Source of the DNA: Candidatus Hadarchaeota archaeon
GTDB lineage: Archaea; Hadarchaeota; Hadarchaeia; Hadarchaeales; Hadarchaeaceae
NCBI GenBank assembly: GCA_964514965.1
Contig: CAZETV010000001.1
Location: forward strand, 633,063 to 665,062
Direction: 5' to 3'
Length of the DNA: 32,000 nt
Below, one piece after another: positions 1 to 8,655 of this stretch. Both the position numbers and the translations under genes were made by a program. Below the pieces are notes generated by a model. That model saw only the letters and a list, made by a program, of their open reading frames with translations, was not told where the DNA came from and did no database searches. Position 1 is the first letter of the stretch. Every line of letters starts with the position of its first letter.

Positions 1-1
1 C

Positions 2-232
2 GATACAATAGTACTTGACCTGACTAAGACAGAGGACCAAGAGGGAACTACTGACATGCCGATAGCAATGATCCCCAGGAAAAAGATGATTACACTACTG
101 CAGATGGACGGCAACTTTACCGGAGAAGAGTTCAAACAAGCCCTGAACCTCGCATTTAAGGGATGTGAGCAGATATACGAAGCACAGCGGCAAGCGCTAA
201 GAGACAAGTATGCAATAAAAAAGGAGGAATAA
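2..232 (+). CDS. rrp41: Exosome complex exonuclease Rrp41, C-terminal end (5' truncated by window)
   Basis: Open frame from base 2: DTIVLDLTKTEDQEGTTDMPIAMIPRKKMITLLQMDGNFTGEEFKQALNLAFKGCEQIYEAQRQALRDKYAIKKEE*; immediately upstream of rrp42 as in archaeal superoperons. Confidence 0.85.
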   Translation, partial: DTIVLDLTKTEDQEGTTDMPIAMIPRKKMITLLQMDGNFTGEEFKQALNLAFKGCEQIYEAQRQALRDKYAIKKEE

Positions 233-235
233 AGC

Positions 236-1006
236 ATGGAAATGTACGGTATAGTTTCGAGCGTAAAGCGTGATTACATCGCCGACCTCGCACGCCAAGA
301 CAAGCGTGTCGGCGCCCGGATGTTGGATCAGTTCCGGGAAGTATCGGTTGACTTTGGCCCAATCAAGAGTGCTCAAGGCTCAGCTCTCGTGAAGATTGGG
401 AAGACACAGGTACTTGCTGGCGTCAAGTTGGAGCACGCTGAGCCATTTACCGACCGGCCGGATAGCGGGGTACTAATCGTCAACGCTGAGCTTTTGCCTT
501 TAGCATCGCCCACCTTCGAGCCGGGGCGACCCGACGAAAATGCGATCGAGCTAGCTCGCGTGGTCGACCGAGGCGTACGTGAGTCGGAGGCAATCGATTT
601 AGAAAAGCTGGCAATAAAATCTGGCGAGGACGTGTGGGCAGTATTCATCGATATTTACGCCCTCGACCACGACGGAAACTTGATAGATGCCTCGGCGCTT
701 GCGGCAATCGCAGCGCTCCTGAATGTAAAGCTGCCTGAAGACGAGGCGTGGACGCTACCTGAGTTCCCGCTACAGGAAAAGCCCGTAGCGGTGACCATAG
801 CGAAAATAAACGGCAAGTTGATGGTTGACCCGTGTCTGGACGAGGAAAGTGTGATGGACGCGCGAATAACCATAGCGACGATCGAGGATGGCAGCATATG
901 CGCGATGCAGAAGGGTGGCATCGGGTATTTCTCGCGGGAGGAGCTAGAGCAGGCCTACGAGCTGGCCCTGGCGAAGGCAACAGAACTTCGAGCAAAATTG
1001 GGGTGA
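236..1006 (+). CDS. rrp42: Exosome complex component Rrp42
   Basis: 256 aa, RNase PH fold protein with Rrp42-type sequence (RPDSGVLIVNAELLPLASPTFEPGRPDENAIELARVVDRGVRES). Confidence 0.93.
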   Translation: MEMYGIVSSVKRDYIADLARQDKRVGARMLDQFREVSVDFGPIKSAQGSALVKIGKTQVLAGVKLEHAEPFTDRPDSGVLIVNAELLPLASPTFEPGRPDENAIELARVVDRGVRESEAIDLEKLAIKSGEDVWAVFIDIYALDHDGNLIDASALAAIAALLNVKLPEDEAWTLPEFPLQEKPVAVTIAKINGKLMVDPCLDEESVMDARITIATIEDGSICAMQKGGIGYFSREELEQAYELALAKATELRAKLG

Positions 1007-1010
1007 ACTT

Positions 1011-1277
1011 GTGCCTCATAAGAAGAAAATAGGCTCCATGGGCAAGTTCGGTCCGCGCTATGGAACAAAGATTCGAAAGCTCGCCCTAACGATAGATCAA
1101 AAGCTACAGCAGCGCTACAAATGTCCGAGCTGTGGAGGGCTAAAAGTCAAACGCATTAGCACTTCGATTTGGCAGTGCGGACGTTGCGGGGTGAAGTTTG
1201 CTGGCGCGGCCTACTCATTCTCAGCTCTGGCGCCCCCTACCGAAATGAAAAATTCTAGTGGGGTGGAGGAGAGTTAA
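1011..1277 (+). CDS. rpl37ae: 50S ribosomal protein L37Ae (eL43)
   Basis: FGPRYGTKIRK...YKCPSCGG...IWQCGRCGVKFAGAAY: C4 zinc ribbon; GTG start. Confidence 0.93.
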   Translation: MPHKKKIGSMGKFGPRYGTKIRKLALTIDQKLQQRYKCPSCGGLKVKRISTSIWQCGRCGVKFAGAAYSFSALAPPTEMKNSSGVEES

Positions 1278-1409
1278 GTGTTAAAGTGCGGTAATTGTGG
1301 AATACTAATTGAGAAACTTCCCGAGGGGCGCGTACGCTGTCCTCAGTGTGGATCCCGCATACTGCATAAACCTCGCCAGGAGATTGTCCGTAAAATCAAG
1401 GCGAGGTAA
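1278..1409 (+). CDS. rpoP: DNA-directed RNA polymerase subunit P
   Basis: Small ORF missed by 60-aa cutoff: (V/M)LKCGNCGILIEKLPEGRVRCPQCGSRILHKPRQEIVRKIKAR*; two CxxC pairs; GTG start directly after L37Ae stop. Confidence 0.9.
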   Translation: MLKCGNCGILIEKLPEGRVRCPQCGSRILHKPRQEIVRKIKAR

Positions 1410-1940
1410 ATGCTGATTTCCACTTCTAGGAAATCAACACAATGTACGAGAATTTTATGCCGGGAACTCGCGCGGGTTCTCCCTGACGCGAAATATGTGC
1501 CGCGTGGGACGAAAACAATAAACAAAATAGCCTCACTTGCAGCCTCACTCGGCTATAATCGTGTGATGGTTGTAAGCAATCTCGGCGGGGGACCGATAGA
1601 ATTAAGATTTTTGGATGTGGGCAATGGCTGGCGATGGCTTGACGCATGGGTCGAGCTGGGCGAGGTCAAGCTCCAGCGAGATCTCGGGCAGAAAATCAAA
1701 CTAGAGAAGGTGAAGGTCTATGCCGAAGAACAAAAGGCGCGAAATCTTGCAAATTTTCTTGGTGAGTTATTGGGCCTAACTGTTTCAAGTGAACTGCCAA
1801 ATACCGGTGCTGTTGTCTTGATAACTTCCAACAACCAGCTTAGGCTCCAGTTACAGTTAAGGCCGAGTCCCGAGGTAATAGGACCGGTGCTGCAAATTAT
1901 GAGTTTTGGGAGATCACGTGGTAAAGACGAAACAAGCTAG
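1410..1940 (+). CDS. Brix domain ribosome biogenesis protein (Imp4-like)
   Basis: MLISTSRKSTQCTRILCRELARVLPDAKYVPRGTKTINKIASLA...: archaeal Imp4/Brix pattern, superoperon position. Confidence 0.88.
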   Translation: MLISTSRKSTQCTRILCRELARVLPDAKYVPRGTKTINKIASLAASLGYNRVMVVSNLGGGPIELRFLDVGNGWRWLDAWVELGEVKLQRDLGQKIKLEKVKVYAEEQKARNLANFLGELLGLTVSSELPNTGAVVLITSNNQLRLQLQLRPSPEVIGPVLQIMSFGRSRGKDETS

Positions 1941-2178
1941 CGCAACGGTCGAGTTCACCTTCCGAACCTCGCGCGAAGCAGGAGCAGTACAAAAGGCGCT
2001 CAACCCCGAGGAAGCATTGCCCGCCTCGACGCGGTGTAAGGCTAACATCCAGCGCAGGAAAAACGTTTTATGCTTGCGGGTAGATGCAGAAAACACAGCA
2101 GCTTTGCGTGCGGCGTTAAATTCGTTCCTCAGATGGACAATCGTCGCGCGCGATATGATTAAACCAAGGAGAAAATAA
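1918..2178 (+). CDS. pcc1: KEOPS complex subunit Pcc1
   Basis: ASATVEFTFRTSREAGAVQKALNPE...LCLRVDAENTAALRAALNSFLRWTIVARDMI; position between Brix and prefoldin beta. Start codon (GTG 1918) uncertain. Confidence 0.8.
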   Translation: MVKTKQASATVEFTFRTSREAGAVQKALNPEEALPASTRCKANIQRRKNVLCLRVDAENTAALRAALNSFLRWTIVARDMIKPRRK

Positions 2179-2544
2179 ATGGAAAAGCTATCACCTCAGC
2201 TGCGCCATCAGTTCGCGCAGTTCCAGCAGGCCCAGCAGCAAGCTCAGGCTTTGATGACGCAGAAGCAACAGCTCGAGCTGCTCATGCGGGAAACCGAACG
2301 GGCCCTCGGGGAACTCGATAAACTTCAAGAGGGTGCTGCAGTCTACAAGAGCGTGGGAACCATCTTAGTCAAATCAGAACGGGAAGAACTCAAAAAAAGT
2401 TTGAACGAGCAGAAAGAGACCCTTGACTTGCGAATCAAAACGCTCGGGCGTCAAGAGGAACGTATCGTCCAGCGCCTGCGCGAAATGCGCGAGAAGCTCG
2501 ATGAGGCCCTCAAAGGAAAGCAGCTTGGCGAAGAAGCAGCATAG
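2179..2544 (+). CDS. pfdB: Prefoldin subunit beta
   Basis: 121 aa coiled coil with central LGELDKLQEGAAVYKSVGTILVKSEREEL typical of beta prefoldin. Confidence 0.92.
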   Translation: MEKLSPQLRHQFAQFQQAQQQAQALMTQKQQLELLMRETERALGELDKLQEGAAVYKSVGTILVKSEREELKKSLNEQKETLDLRIKTLGRQEERIVQRLREMREKLDEALKGKQLGEEAA

Positions 2545-2558
2545 CCCGAGCTGAAATC

Positions 2559-3542
2559 ATGAAAGAAATAGCTAATTTTCTAGCGGAAGCTGCTAGGCAC
2601 AAGCAGCGAATTTTAGTGCTTTGTCATCACAATGCCGACCCAGACGCCGCCGCTAGCGCAATAGTGCTCGCCGAAGCTCTCAACCATTTAGGCGCGCAGG
2701 CTCAGGCTGGGGTTTCGGAGGATATCAGCCTTATTTCCCAAAACGTTTTGAAAACTTTCGACCGAAAAATCATAATAAATCCCCCGCTTGACGCAGACCT
2801 CGTTGTACTCGTTGACACTTCAAGCTTGGAACATCTTGGTAAGCTTGGCGAGCAACTGAGGAAAGGAATGTCTAAGCTGGTAGTGATCGACCACCATCGT
2901 CCAGTCGAGGCGATGAAGCAACTAGCGACTTCGTATTTTGTTCGAGAGGAGTTTACCTCAGAGGCTGAACTTATTCTACAGCTGCTCAAGAAGCTGGGGA
3001 TGGAGCCTACCCCTGAGCAGGCTTCTTTGTTGTTCGCCGGAATCATCAGCGACACCGGACACTTCAGGTTCGCGAAGGATGAAACATTTGAAGCAGTGCA
3101 TCATCTCCTCAAGGCAGGGGGCGATTACGCACGCGTTAGTGAGAGTCTAAGATTACCCGAGGATTATTCTAAACGCGTCGCAATGTTGAAAGCCGCCTCA
3201 CGCGTGGAGCTCCGCCGGATTCATAAACGTTTGGTGGTGTTTTCCGAGCTAGGCTCCTTTGAGGGGGACGCAGCCGGGATGCTAGTGCGAATTGGAGCAG
3301 ATGCAGCGTTCGTGGGCTCGGAGGAAAAAGGAGAGGTGAGGATCAGTGGGCGAGCGCGCCAAGAGACCTTGAAATTAACAGAACTTCACTTGGGCGAACT
3401 AATGGAAGAGATGGGGAAACAGTTCGAGGGAAGTGGAGGAGGCCATGCAGGTGCAGCAAGCATGCATGGCAAAGGGAAGCTTGAAGAAGTCAAAAAATAT
3501 CTGTTTGGGCTACTACAACAGAAATTAAAGCCGACGAAATAA
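2559..3542 (+). CDS. DHH family phosphoesterase (NrnA/RecJ-like)
   Basis: CHHNADPDAAASA, LVDTSS, VVIDHH and C-terminal GSGGGHAGAASM motifs (DHH/DHHA1). Confidence 0.88.
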   Translation: MKEIANFLAEAARHKQRILVLCHHNADPDAAASAIVLAEALNHLGAQAQAGVSEDISLISQNVLKTFDRKIIINPPLDADLVVLVDTSSLEHLGKLGEQLRKGMSKLVVIDHHRPVEAMKQLATSYFVREEFTSEAELILQLLKKLGMEPTPEQASLLFAGIISDTGHFRFAKDETFEAVHHLLKAGGDYARVSESLRLPEDYSKRVAMLKAASRVELRRIHKRLVVFSELGSFEGDAAGMLVRIGADAAFVGSEEKGEVRISGRARQETLKLTELHLGELMEEMGKQFEGSGGGHAGAASMHGKGKLEEVKKYLFGLLQQKLKPTK

Positions 3543-3549
3543 AAGTGGT

Positions 3550-4481
3550 TTGATGGTAGTTTCGGCTGAAGACCTATCGGAGTTAGAACTCGCTGGGTAT
3601 CGTTTCTTGGGAGAGCACAAACACAGCGCAGTAAAAGTCTGTCACTGGACTCGAAAGAGCTTGCTTAATCATGAGATTTGCTATAAAGAACGCTTTTATG
3701 GACGAGAACTTGGCATTCGGAGCCATCGATGTCTTCAGCTCACTCCTAGCCTACCTTTCTGTAACCACCGTTGCGTTTACTGCTGGAGAAATACCGATGT
3801 GACAACTCCGAGCTGGGTCGGCGAGTTCGATGAGCCAGCAGATATTTTGGACGGAGCAATTTCAGCGCAGAAAAAGCTGCTCAGCGGATTCGGTGGCAAT
3901 CCCAATGCGGACAAAAAAAAGTTAAAGGAAGCTCAGGAACCAAAACACTGCGCGATTTCGTTAGCTGGGGAACCGACTTTTTATCCTGGTATCAATGAAT
4001 TAATCGAGGAGTGTGGTAGGCGGGGGATGACTAGTTTTTTAGTCACAAATGGTACGCACCAGAAGTTTTGGAACGTATCGCCGAACCCACACAGCTTTAT
4101 ATCTCCGTTGTCGCCCCAGACCCCGAAACTTACAAGGTTGTCTGCCGACCAACAGTCTCCGACGGCTGGAAGCGATTGAACCAAAGCTTAGAACTCATGT
4201 CGTGTTTAAAGTGCAGGAAAGCAATCCGACTAACTTTAGTTAAAGGGCTCAACCTCAAGAAACCTGAACAATACGCAAAAATAATCGAGAAAGCTGGGGC
4301 AGATTTCATCGAAGCCAAGGCCTATATGTTCGTCGGGTTTTCTCGAAAGAGGCTGATGATGGAAAACATGCCCCTGTATGATGAGGTAAACGGGTTCGCC
4401 AGAGAGTTAGCTAGGGAGATCGGTTACTCTATCGCAGGAGAGTCTAGACCAAGTCGGGTGGTACTGTTAAAAAAGGCATGA
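3550..4481 (+). CDS. taw1: tRNA 4-demethylwyosine synthase TYW1, radical SAM; interrupted by an apparent -1 base frameshift near 4059-4061
   Basis: First part (frame of 3550) has radical SAM CNHRCVYCWR and SLAGEPTFYPGINELIEECGRRGMTSFLVTNGTH; second part (4068..4481 ORF) continues LERIAEPTQLYISVVAPDPETYKVVCRPTVSDGWKRLNQSLELM...IRLTLVKGLNL...FIEAKAYMFVGFSRKRL. Confidence 0.88.
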
Positions 4482-4521
4482 GCGGCGGGTTCTTATTATC
4501 GTCCTGTCTTTTTAAGAAGAC

Positions 4522-5628
4522 TTACCACGCAGGACCTTTATTCTTTTCTTCTTCCCACCGCTCTCTAACCATTCCAGCATATTGGTGGTAGTTTTCAATG
4601 ATATTTTCCCAGATATTCTCTCCAGCCCATTCTTGCTTCATGTTCTCCCACTGATTTCTCCACGTGTGCCATTGAAGTGCGAACTCAGGTTCCCATTCGT
4701 CGGCGTGCTCTAGAATCTTCTCAGCGTCGCTAAGATGAACTTTTGCGGCGTAGATAAGAGCAAGTGCTCTCCTAGTTTTCCCCTCTTCGAAACCGGCCAC
4801 CGCTTTGTCCTTAAGATCAACGGCTACTTCAACCAATCGTTCTGCTGCGTGCTTACCATCGGTATTTTCTGGGGCACCTTCTAACATTATTTGGACTTCG
4901 ACCAGCGAGGTATTGAACTCTTCCAGCTTATTCTCGAATGCCTCACTTAGATTGGGGAAATTTTCCATGCTTATGTTTATTTCAACGTTCTCCGTGACAT
5001 CCAAATCGGCGAGCGCATTATCTATGTCAAAATACACATCCACATCCATCGGTTTGTTTATTTGCGTGCGGTATCTATTCGTGATGTTCTCTATTGTTTC
5101 CCTAATCAGCCACAAACGTGCACGGATTTGCGCGCGTAGCTCGTGTGTATTCCCACTTTGTTCTAAGTTTTCGCACTCTCTTATGCAGTTTTCAATCCAC
5201 TCAGCTGCGGGCGTATTATCCAGCTCTTGCTTCAGCTGCTGACATAGTTCTCCATACAACTTTAGCTGCACCATGCCAATTTCAGGCATTTGCTCTTGCA
5301 TCCATTGCACGATTTCTTGTTTCGTTTCAACGTCTCCCGGAACAACCTCACGCATTTTCTCCACGAATTCTTCGAGGGTTTCCTTATAGGCTAAGCCCTT
5401 TCCGCGATTGACTAAACTGACATACTCTCCCCAGCGTTCTTTCATCTGATCTTCGTCGCTGACCATCCTAATTTGCTCGCCTAGGCGCTCAAGCCCGTAG
5501 AACGGTGAGTCGGGGTCAACATGCACAGTGTCAACTATCACAGGAGTTGCCACTCCCGCACCAATTGACGCGGCAATGATTACTACTGCTGTTATCGCCG
5601 CGACGCCCTTCTGTTCAGTTCCAAACAT
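4522..5628 (-). CDS. Secreted/membrane-anchored protein with DUF5667-like domain
   Basis: N-terminal hydrophobic segment GVAAITAVVIIAASIGAGVATPVIV followed by VDPDSPFYGLERLGEQIRM, typical of archaeal DUF5667 proteins; long helical ectodomain. Confidence 0.65.
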   Translation of the reverse strand: MFGTEQKGVAAITAVVIIAASIGAGVATPVIVDTVHVDPDSPFYGLERLGEQIRMVSDEDQMKERWGEYVSLVNRGKGLAYKETLEEFVEKMREVVPGDVETKQEIVQWMQEQMPEIGMVQLKLYGELCQQLKQELDNTPAAEWIENCIRECENLEQSGNTHELRAQIRARLWLIRETIENITNRYRTQINKPMDVDVYFDIDNALADLDVTENVEINISMENFPNLSEAFENKLEEFNTSLVEVQIMLEGAPENTDGKHAAERLVEVAVDLKDKAVAGFEEGKTRRALALIYAAKVHLSDAEKILEHADEWEPEFALQWHTWRNQWENMKQEWAGENIWENIIENYHQYAGMVRERWEEEKNKGPAW

Positions 5629-5871
5629 TTTTCTCCTCTTTTTTTATTCGGGTTTAGCTCCCCATACGGCCCCTATCGCGCGTACGGTTCATTGATTGTC
5701 AGGTAAAATTTTGGAAAAAGGGTATTTAGCAAATCTCGAAAGACCGTCCAATTCTAATTCAGTTCCAGCTCTAGAAACCGATTTGTAAGTAAAAACCGAT
5801 TATTTTCCCCTCTTTATCGTTCAAATAAACCTAATAACTCTGATTTTTGGTTTTGGGGCCATTTTTACTTC

Positions 5872-5884
5872 TAAAAATTTATAC
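5872..5884 (+). promoter_or_regulatory. Putative archaeal TATA box for the membrane wHTH gene
   Basis: taaaaatttatac about 30 nt upstream of ATG at 5910, compatible with a leaderless transcript. Confidence 0.45.
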
Positions 5885-5909
5885 GGCCAATACCTCATAT
5901 GGTCAACTG

Positions 5910-6341
5910 ATGACACTTAGGGAAGCATTTGGCATAATTGCGTTGGTTGTGCTACTCCAGCTTTGCTTGGGTATTTTGATCTACGTGATAACACCAACTC
6001 CCGGCTTAGAACTATACTCGATTGCTATTGCGATCGCAGTAATGGCGGCAGTCGCTGGGTCAATCGCAACGGTGCTCGTCTTTGTCTTCAAACGCTACGC
6101 TTCCGAACGCACTTTGCGGATAGCTTTAATGGTCCTCACTGATGATGAGCGTCGGGTCTTCGAGGCAATTGTGCGCTCGGGCGGTGAGGCTTACCAAGAC
6201 AAACTCAGGCGCGAGCTCGACATGTCCAAGTCCAAGCTAAGCGCCCTCGTAAACAATCTCGAACGGAAGCACGCGATAACGAAGACGCGATACTGGAAGA
6301 CGAATATTTTAAAGGTGAGCAAGGAGTTCAGTGGGCGGTAA
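5910..6341 (+). CDS. Membrane-anchored winged-helix (MarR/TrmB-like) regulator
   Basis: Two hydrophobic TM segments (AFGIIALVVLLQLCLGILIYVI; IAIAIAVMAAVAGSIATVLVFVF) followed by wHTH: LTDDERRVFEAIVRSGGEAYQDKLRRELDMSKSKLSALVNNLERKHAI. Start at 5910 chosen over 5847. Confidence 0.75.
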   Translation: MTLREAFGIIALVVLLQLCLGILIYVITPTPGLELYSIAIAIAVMAAVAGSIATVLVFVFKRYASERTLRIALMVLTDDERRVFEAIVRSGGEAYQDKLRRELDMSKSKLSALVNNLERKHAITKTRYWKTNILKVSKEFSGR

Positions 6342-6454
6342 ACAAGACTGAACCATTAGTAAAGTGATTGAGTTCGTCTGGCGCAATTCTTCACGTTGTC
6401 TCTTTTGCGTAAGCCTTGAATAGGCTGGCCACCTAGATAGATGAGGTAGACTTA

Positions 6455-7075
6455 ATGGAAATGCTCAAACAAATGCGTGAGCACTTCGACGCTCAAGAGA
6501 AACTTCGTGAAAGGATGTTGGACGCATCGCGAGAGGTCATCAGGGTCTCCGCCCGAGCCATAGCCGCGACTCATCGTGAGGATCAAGCAAGTGCTGACAA
6601 ATTCTTATCAAAAGCTCGCGATGTACTTATGACTCTCGAGGAGGCCGTGAAGGCAGAACCCCACTTGGCTAATTCAGGCATCACACTCTCGGCTTACCAA
6701 GAGTACGGGGAAGCCACATTGGTTCAGAAACTAATTCGTGATGGAAAACTGTTGACGCCAGAGGAGCTTAACATCCCTTATAAACCATACCTTGCAGCCC
6801 TCGCGGATGCGGCAGGTGAGCTCAGACGGCACGCGCTTGACTTGATAAGAGCCGACGAGGTCGAGCGGGCAGAGCAAGCGCTCAAACTCATGGAGGAAAT
6901 ATTTGAGCTGCTGATGGAGTTCGACTACCCAGATGCTATTTTGCCCGGGATGAAGAGAAAGCAGGACATGGTTCGACGAGTGCTTGAGAACACACGAGGG
7001 GACCTCACAATCGCCATCCGACAGCAAAAGCTTAAACGTGCTCTTGAGCGAGCCGAGCGAGGAAGCAGTGAATGA
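6455..7075 (+). CDS. Translin family protein
   Basis: REVIRVSARAIAATHRED...GITLSAYQEYGEA...YLAALADAAGELRRHALDLIRADEVERAEQALKLMEEIFELLMEFDYPDAILPGMKRKQDMVRRVLENTRGDLTIAIRQQKL, matching translin consensus. Confidence 0.82.
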   Translation: MEMLKQMREHFDAQEKLRERMLDASREVIRVSARAIAATHREDQASADKFLSKARDVLMTLEEAVKAEPHLANSGITLSAYQEYGEATLVQKLIRDGKLLTPEELNIPYKPYLAALADAAGELRRHALDLIRADEVERAEQALKLMEEIFELLMEFDYPDAILPGMKRKQDMVRRVLENTRGDLTIAIRQQKLKRALERAERGSSE

Positions 7076-8655
7076 AGAAATTCGACATCCGACAGCTAAG
7101 AGCAAGCGCGAAGAAAGATTACGAGAGAGCTTGGCTCGAAAGCGCCGAGTTAATGGAAAAAAGGGGAAAACTTTTTTCACTCAAGAATAAAACGAAATCT
7201 CACCCCTTGTTCGAACTAATCGAGCGCGCGCGCCGTGCCATGCTTGAACTCGGATTCACAGAAACAGTTGCGCCAATGATTGTGGACAAGAAAGAAGTTT
7301 ATGCCCAATATGGACCCGAAGCGCCTGTCATCCTTGATCGAGTTTTCTTCCTTGCGGGATTGGAGCGTCCAGACATAGGCATCAGCCAAAAGAAAATCCA
7401 AGAAATCCGCAAGCTAGTACCGGACTTTAAGGAGATTGAGAAACTTCAAGGAATTTTCAGGCGGTATAAACGAGGGGAGGTAGTAGCGGACGATTTGGTC
7501 GAGGTTATGGTTAAAGAGCTGGGCATACACGAAGAGCAGGCAACCGGACTACTTGCGCTTTTTGGAGAACTTAAGGAGCTGAAACCCGTGCCGATGGACC
7601 TAACATTACGATCTCACACCACTGCGGGTTGGTTTTTGGTTTTACGTGAGCTACAGCGGCGCGAGCCTCTGCCACTCCAGCTATTCTTAATAGGCCCAAA
7701 GTTCAGGCGGGAACAGAAACTCGACTCGACGCATCTCTATGAGTCGTGGACGGCATCGATGGTCATCGCCGCTGAAAAGATAAGTCTTGAGGACGGGGAA
7801 CGAATAACTCGAAAAATATTGGACAAGCTGGGATTCGCAGAAGTGAAATTCTCTATAAAAACTGCAACTTCGAAATACTATGCACCACAAATGGAGTTTG
7901 AGATTTTCGTCAAACACCCCAAGACAAACGAGTTCATAGAGGTGGGCGATGCAGGATTTTACAGCCCAGTCGCTCTCAGCCATTATGACATCGCTTTCCC
8001 CGTCTTCAACCTAGGCATAGGACTCGAGCGCGTTTTAATGATCCAAACGGGCGAGACTGACATACGCGCCTTGATATACCCCTATCTCTACAAAGCCGCT
8101 GAATTCTCGGACAAGGAACTAGCAGACACGATAAAGCGCGAACGTGAGCCGGAAACCGAGACTGGCCAAGCAATAGCCGCAGCAATTACCAAAACAGCAC
8201 AGCAGCACGCCGACGAGCCGAGCCCATGCGAGTTCAAAGCATTTGAGGGCAAACTTAGAGGTAAGCGAGTTATCGTGAGAGTGGTAGAATCCGAGCGCGA
8301 CACGAAGCTCATAGGACCCGCGGGCTTCAACGAGATTTACGTTTATGACGGCAACGTTGTAGGTGTGCCACCAAAGGGTTGGGAAAAAGATGAATTTTTG
8401 AATTCTGTCCGAGAAAAGGGAGTCTTAACCGGTATCAATTATATCAGCGCTTTCGCGGCCCTCGCGGCGCAGGAAATCGAACGAGCTGCAAAAAGTGGCA
8501 AAACACAGGTGAAGGTGCGCGCTCGAGCAGCAAAATTTCTGAGCGACATCAACTTGGTAATCGACGAGGCAGCGCAACGCTACATAACCGCGAACAAGAA
8601 GCGTATCGATGTTCGAGGACCAGTTTTCACCACGGTGATCGCGGATTTCGAATAG
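7072..8655 (+). CDS. sepS: O-phosphoseryl-tRNA(Cys) synthetase (SepRS)
   Basis: 527 aa class II aaRS: YGPEAPVILDRVFFLAGLERPDIGIS, PMDLTLRSHTTAGWF, RREQKLDSTHLYESW, GIGLERVLMIQTGETDIRALIYPYLY. Confidence 0.9.
   Translation: MKKFDIRQLRASAKKDYERAWLESAELMEKRGKLFSLKNKTKSHPLFELIERARRAMLELGFTETVAPMIVDKKEVYAQYGPEAPVILDRVFFLAGLERPDIGISQKKIQEIRKLVPDFKEIEKLQGIFRRYKRGEVVADDLVEVMVKELGIHEEQATGLLALFGELKELKPVPMDLTLRSHTTAGWFLVLRELQRREPLPLQLFLIGPKFRREQKLDSTHLYESWTASMVIAAEKISLEDGERITRKILDKLGFAEVKFSIKTATSKYYAPQMEFEIFVKHPKTNEFIEVGDAGFYSPVALSHYDIAFPVFNLGIGLERVLMIQTGETDIRALIYPYLYKAAEFSDKELADTIKREREPETETGQAIAAAITKTAQQHADEPSPCEFKAFEGKLRGKRVIVRVVESERDTKLIGPAGFNEIYVYDGNVVGVPPKGWEKDEFLNSVREKGVLTGINYISAFAALAAQEIERAAKSGKTQVKVRARAAKFLSDINLVIDEAAQRYITANKKRIDVRGPVFTTVIADFE

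Noticed and set aside
373-648. 91-aa minus-strand ORF inside rrp42, plus 645..1019 and 655..921
   Set aside because: Antisense shadows of a strongly conserved exosome gene.
4805-5411. 145-aa and 97-aa plus-strand ORFs opposite the DUF5667-like gene
   Set aside because: Cys/Ser/Leu-rich antisense shadows without a plausible start context; the opposite strand has a coherent secreted protein.
7072-8655. Possibility that this is an ordinary phenylalanyl-tRNA synthetase alpha subunit
   Set aside because: Class II core is shared, but YGPEAPVILDR...RPDIGIS and the TLRSHTTAGWF context plus length fit SepRS better.
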